DNA of 64,000 nucleotides, from NCBI GenBank assembly GCA_050618055.1, contig JBNLVK010000291.1, positions 12,655 to 76,654 of the forward strand, in the 5' to 3' direction. How positions within the stretch are numbered: the first letter of the stretch is position 1; every line of letters begins with the position of its first letter. The position numbers and the translations under genes are program-made. A model generated the notes under the pieces. It was not told the DNA's origin. It ran no database searches and worked only from the letters and a program-made list of their open reading frames with translations. Positions 60,604-64,000 of the stretch are shown piece by piece. Source of the stretch: Myxococcota bacterium. Its GTDB lineage: Bacteria > Myxococcota_A > UBA9160 > SMWR01.

Positions 60604-62355
60604 TCAGTCCTTCCGGAACAGGTCGCGCAGCGGCCGCCGCCGCTCCTGGTCGCGGACGTTGCGCAGGGCCCGGTCGTGCAGCGTCTCGAGCTTCGCGAGC
60701 TGACGCTCCCAGGGCTCGGCCATGCGCGACGCCACGCGCTCGGTCTGCTCGACGAGTCGCGTGAGCTGCTCGGCCGCCTCGCCCGCCACGCCGGCGCGCG
60801 CGGCCTCGGCCTCGCGCCGCAGGTCGGCCAGGGCGGCCACCAGGTCGTCGACGGCGCGCAGGCGCGCGTCGGCGGCGTCGTTCATGCGGGCGATCTGCTG
60901 GTCGATGCGTCCGAGCGTCTCGGCCAGGCCGTCGGACGCGCCCTTCAGGCTGCGCGTCTGGGCCTCGGTGCCCTCCTGCACCCGGCGCTGGAGCGAGTCG
61001 GCGCTGCGCGCCACCTCCTCCATGCGATCGACCAGCCGCGCGATCTCGCGCGCGCCCTCGTCGCGCATCTCGGCCACCTCGCCGCGCACGCGTCCCAGCG
61101 TGTGGGCGAGCTGCTCGCCGGCCAGCGCCAGCTGGCTGCGCTGGGCGCTCTGCTGCTCGGCGGCGGCCGACTGCTCCTCGACCAGCCGCCGGTGCAGGCG
61201 CTCGACGCCGGCGAGCTGCTCGTCGATGCGGTGGGCGCCCTCCTCCTGGAGCGTGCGCGCCTCGGCGGACATGGCGGTCAGGTGGTTGCGGAAGTCGCGC
61301 AGCAGCCCGCGCTGGGTCTCGAGCAGCTCCTCGCTGGCCTCGCGCTGGGCGGTGTGCGCCCAGTCGGACAGTCGCTCCTGCTGGCGGTCCTGCCGCAGGC
61401 GCAGCTGCTCGTCGATCTTCTCCCAGCCCGACACCACCTGGGCCGTCAGCGTCTCGCCGATCTGCGACAGCCGGTCCAGCCACTGGCGCATCGCCTCGTG
61501 GTGAGGCGCCAGCTCGGCGGCCACGGCCTCGCGGATCCAGCGCTCCTCCGGCGGGCCGTCGGCGTGGGCGTCCTCCAGGCGGCGCACCAGGTGCTCGTCG
61601 CAGTAGTCCTCGACGTCGGCCAGGAAGCCCTCTTCCCACTTCTGGAGCGAGCTGGCCGGGAACATGATCAGGATGCTCATGACCAGCGCCAGCAGCGTGG
61701 TGTCGAAGGCCACCGACAGGCCGCCGGTCACCGAGCCGATCGAGTTCTTCATCACCTCCAGGTCGACGGCGCTGCCCACCGAGTCGGAGAAGCCGCCCAC
61801 GGCGGCGCCGATGCCCAGCACCGTGCCGATGAAGCCCAGGATCGGCACCGCCCAGATGAAGACGCGGACCATCGTGTAGCTCGAGTCGACGCTGTCGGCG
61901 TCGGTCTGGGCCTGGCTCTCCAGCGACGACACCACCTCGCGGGCGTCGCGCCGGGCCTGGAAGTGCTGGAGCGCGCGCTCGATGCGCTGCACCAGCAGGC
62001 CGCGGCTCGCCCGCTCCGGCAGCTCGTGGAGGTGGGCGACGAAGCGGGCGGCGTTGTCGGGAGTCACGCGCTCGCCGATGTGGGCGGGCAGCAGGTCGAA
62101 GGCCAGCGCCTCGCGCTGGCGCGAGAAGCGCCGGAACTTCTCGACCAGCAGCACGCCGGCCCAGAAGGAGAGGTAGGCGATGCCGTAGGGCACCCAGCCG
62201 CGCTCGGCGAACAGCTCGCCGATGGGCGATCCGAGCAGCGGCAGCACCGCCAGGTAGAAGACGACGGTCACGACGGCGGCCACGGCCCCGGTCACGCCCA
62301 GGCCGGGGTCGGTGGGGCCGCGGGCTCGTCTGCTCTCGGGACGGTCGCGGGTCAA
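60604..62355 (-). CDS. MotA/TolQ/ExbB proton channel family protein with long C-terminal helical tail
   Basis: Four hydrophobic segments; PILGFIGTVLG and GLSVAFDTT motifs; ~350-aa E/Q/R/L/A-rich tail. Confidence 0.82.
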   Translation of the reverse strand: MTRDRPESRRARGPTDPGLGVTGAVAAVVTVVFYLAVLPLLGSPIGELFAERGWVPYGIAYLSFWAGVLLVEKFRRFSRQREALAFDLLPAHIGERVTPDNAARFVAHLHELPERASRGLLVQRIERALQHFQARRDAREVVSSLESQAQTDADSVDSSYTMVRVFIWAVPILGFIGTVLGIGAAVGGFSDSVGSAVDLEVMKNSIGSVTGGLSVAFDTTLLALVMSILIMFPASSLQKWEEGFLADVEDYCDEHLVRRLEDAHADGPPEERWIREAVAAELAPHHEAMRQWLDRLSQIGETLTAQVVSGWEKIDEQLRLRQDRQQERLSDWAHTAQREASEELLETQRGLLRDFRNHLTAMSAEARTLQEEGAHRIDEQLAGVERLHRRLVEEQSAAAEQQSAQRSQLALAGEQLAHTLGRVRGEVAEMRDEGAREIARLVDRMEEVARSADSLQRRVQEGTEAQTRSLKGASDGLAETLGRIDQQIARMNDAADARLRAVDDLVAALADLRREAEAARAGVAGEAAEQLTRLVEQTERVASRMAEPWERQLAKLETLHDRALRNVRDQERRRPLRDLFRKD

Positions 62356-62462
62356 CGGAGGCCTCTCGAATCGGCGAAGCGCCGATTATCCCACAGCGGG
62401 GCCCCGGTCGCTTCGCGGGTATACTCCCTCGACGCCGCGCCCGGCCCCCGAGGAGACCCCCC

Positions 62463-63380
62463 ATGTCCAAGCTTCGAATCGGTCTGATGCAGGGAACCAG
62501 CGGACCCACCGCCAGCCTCGACGAGATCGTGGCGACCGCGAAGCAGGCCGAGTCCCTGGGCTTCTCGACCCTCTGGTTCCCCAACATCTTCTCCTGGGAC
62601 GCCATCGCGCTGGCGGCGATCGTCGGCCGCGAGACCGAGCGGATCGAGCTGGGCACCGCCGTCGTGCCCACCTATCCCCGGCACCCCATGGCCATCGCCC
62701 AGACCGCCCTCACCGCCAGCGCCGCGTCCGGCGGGCGCTTCACGCTGGGCATCGGGCTCTCGCACAAGATCGTCATCGAGGACATGTTCGGCCTCTCCTA
62801 CGCGAAGCCGGCCCGTCACATGCGCGAGTACCTGGAGGTGCTGACGCCGCTGCTGCGGGGCGAGCCCGCCAAGTTCGAGGGCGAGCTGTACCGGGTGCAG
62901 GGAGGCATCCAGGTGCCGGGGGCCTCCCAGGTCCCGCTGGTGGTGGCGGCGCTGGGTCCGGTCATGCTCGACCACACCGCGAACTACGCCGACGGCACGA
63001 TCACCTGGATGACCGGTCCGAAGACGCTGGCCGAGCACATCGTGCCGACGCTCACCGCCGCCGCCGGGAAGCGCGGCAAGGGCGCGCCGCGGGTGGTGGC
63101 CGGCCTGCCCATCGCGCTGACGAACGACGTGGACGCGGCCCGCGAGAACATGGGCAAGGCCTTCGCCATGTACGGGACGCTGCCCTCCTACCGCGCCATG
63201 CTAGACCGCGAGGGCGTGGAGGGTCCGGCCGGCGTGGCCATGGTGGGCGACGAGAAGTCGCTGCGCGCCCAGATCGACCGGCTGGCCGACGCCGGCGTCA
63301 CCGACTTCGACGCGGCCATCACGCCCGTCGACGAAGGGGCCGCCGAGCGCACCCTCGAGTTCCTGGCCAGCCTGAACTGA
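62463..63380 (+). CDS. LLM class (probable F420-dependent) oxidoreductase
   Basis: IELGTAVVPTYPRHP, GRFTLGIGLSH, AALGPVML, DG..TW, LPSYRAMLDREG. Confidence 0.85.
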   Translation: MSKLRIGLMQGTSGPTASLDEIVATAKQAESLGFSTLWFPNIFSWDAIALAAIVGRETERIELGTAVVPTYPRHPMAIAQTALTASAASGGRFTLGIGLSHKIVIEDMFGLSYAKPARHMREYLEVLTPLLRGEPAKFEGELYRVQGGIQVPGASQVPLVVAALGPVMLDHTANYADGTITWMTGPKTLAEHIVPTLTAAAGKRGKGAPRVVAGLPIALTNDVDAARENMGKAFAMYGTLPSYRAMLDREGVEGPAGVAMVGDEKSLRAQIDRLADAGVTDFDAAITPVDEGAAERTLEFLASLN

Positions 63381-63388
63381 CCGGCGTC

Positions 63389-64000
63389 GTGGAGCTTCTG
63401 CGGGTCACCTACCGTCTCGACGGCGTCGCCGCGTCCGATGCCGAGGCGCGCGCCGAGGCGATCGCGCGCGAGCAGACCGTCGAGGTCCCGCGCGCGGTGG
63501 TCGATCGCGAGCCGGGCATCGCCGAGAACGTGGTGGGCCGGGTCGAGTCGGTCTCGGGCGAGGAGGGCGGAAGCCGGGTGCGCATCGGCTACCCGGTGGC
63601 CACCACCGCCCACGATCCGGCGCAGCTCTTGAACGTGGTCTTCGGCATGACCTCGCTCCAGGCCGACGTCCGCTGCGTCGACATCGAGCTGCCGCCCTCG
63701 CTGCGCGTCGCCCTGCGCGGTCCGCGCTTCGGCATCGCCGGCCTGCGCGAGGCGATGGGCGCCGCCGACCGGCCGCTCACCGCCACCGCCGTCAAGCCCA
63801 TGGGCCACGATCCGAAGGCGCTGGCCGACCTGATGACGACGTTCGCCCAGGCCGGCGTCGACCTGGTGAAGGACGACCAGGGCCTGGCCGACCACGCCTT
63901 CTGTCCCTTCGAGGACCGGGTGCGCGCGTGCCTCGAGGCGGTGCGGCGCGTGGCCGACACGACCGGCCACGAGACGCTCTACGCCCCCAACCTGATCGGC
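63389..64000 (+). CDS. RuBisCO-like protein (form IV), N-terminal part, 3' truncated by window
   Basis: Not in ORF track (no stop). EQTVE, QLLNVVFGMTS, GPRFGIAGLR, TAVKPMG, GVDLVKDDQGLAD, PFEDRV, LYAPN. Confidence 0.88.
   Translation, partial: MELLRVTYRLDGVAASDAEARAEAIAREQTVEVPRAVVDREPGIAENVVGRVESVSGEEGGSRVRIGYPVATTAHDPAQLLNVVFGMTSLQADVRCVDIELPPSLRVALRGPRFGIAGLREAMGAADRPLTATAVKPMGHDPKALADLMTTFAQAGVDLVKDDQGLADHAFCPFEDRVRACLEAVRRVADTTGHETLYAPNLIG

Noticed and set aside
58780..62355. Canonical Zorya anti-phage system
   Set aside because: No OmpA-like peptidoglycan-binding ZorB motif and no ZorC/D/E nearby; no defence-island context

Overview
Very high-GC chromosomal window, almost fully coding (about 62 genes). 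It looks Gram-negative (PEP-CTERM proteins, glutaminyl-tRNA ligase, lipoproteins, a beta-barrel). The content is reminiscent of uncultured Myxococcota-type lipid/steroid degraders; this taxonomy is an inference. Main blocks, in order: (1) moaA 3' end and a small glycan-modification cluster. (2) A divergent acyclic-terpene/branched acyl-CoA (atu/accD2-accA2-like) catabolic cluster followed by patatin and bioA. (3) An MhpA-like aromatic catabolic operon with a perfect palindromic operator. (4) A polyphosphate operon: sixA, CYTH-CHAD interrupted by one in-frame TAG, ppk1, and a His-phosphatase-Ppx fusion. (5) arsR-arsI. (6) A SelD fusion, ino1 and glnS. (7) TauD/TetR/KstD-like/P450 genes. (8) A divergent citrate synthase pair, one copy carrying an HTH. 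(9) A coupled operon led by an unusual MotA/ExbB-family protein with a ~350-aa helical tail and two different ExbD/TolR-like partners, only one of which keeps the TM Asp. This is the best candidate for an undescribed system. (10) A RuBisCO-like protein with a KDDQ motif running off the right end. No rRNA, tRNA, CRISPR array, integrase or transposase was recognised. Most very long ORFs in the track are GC-driven shadow frames.
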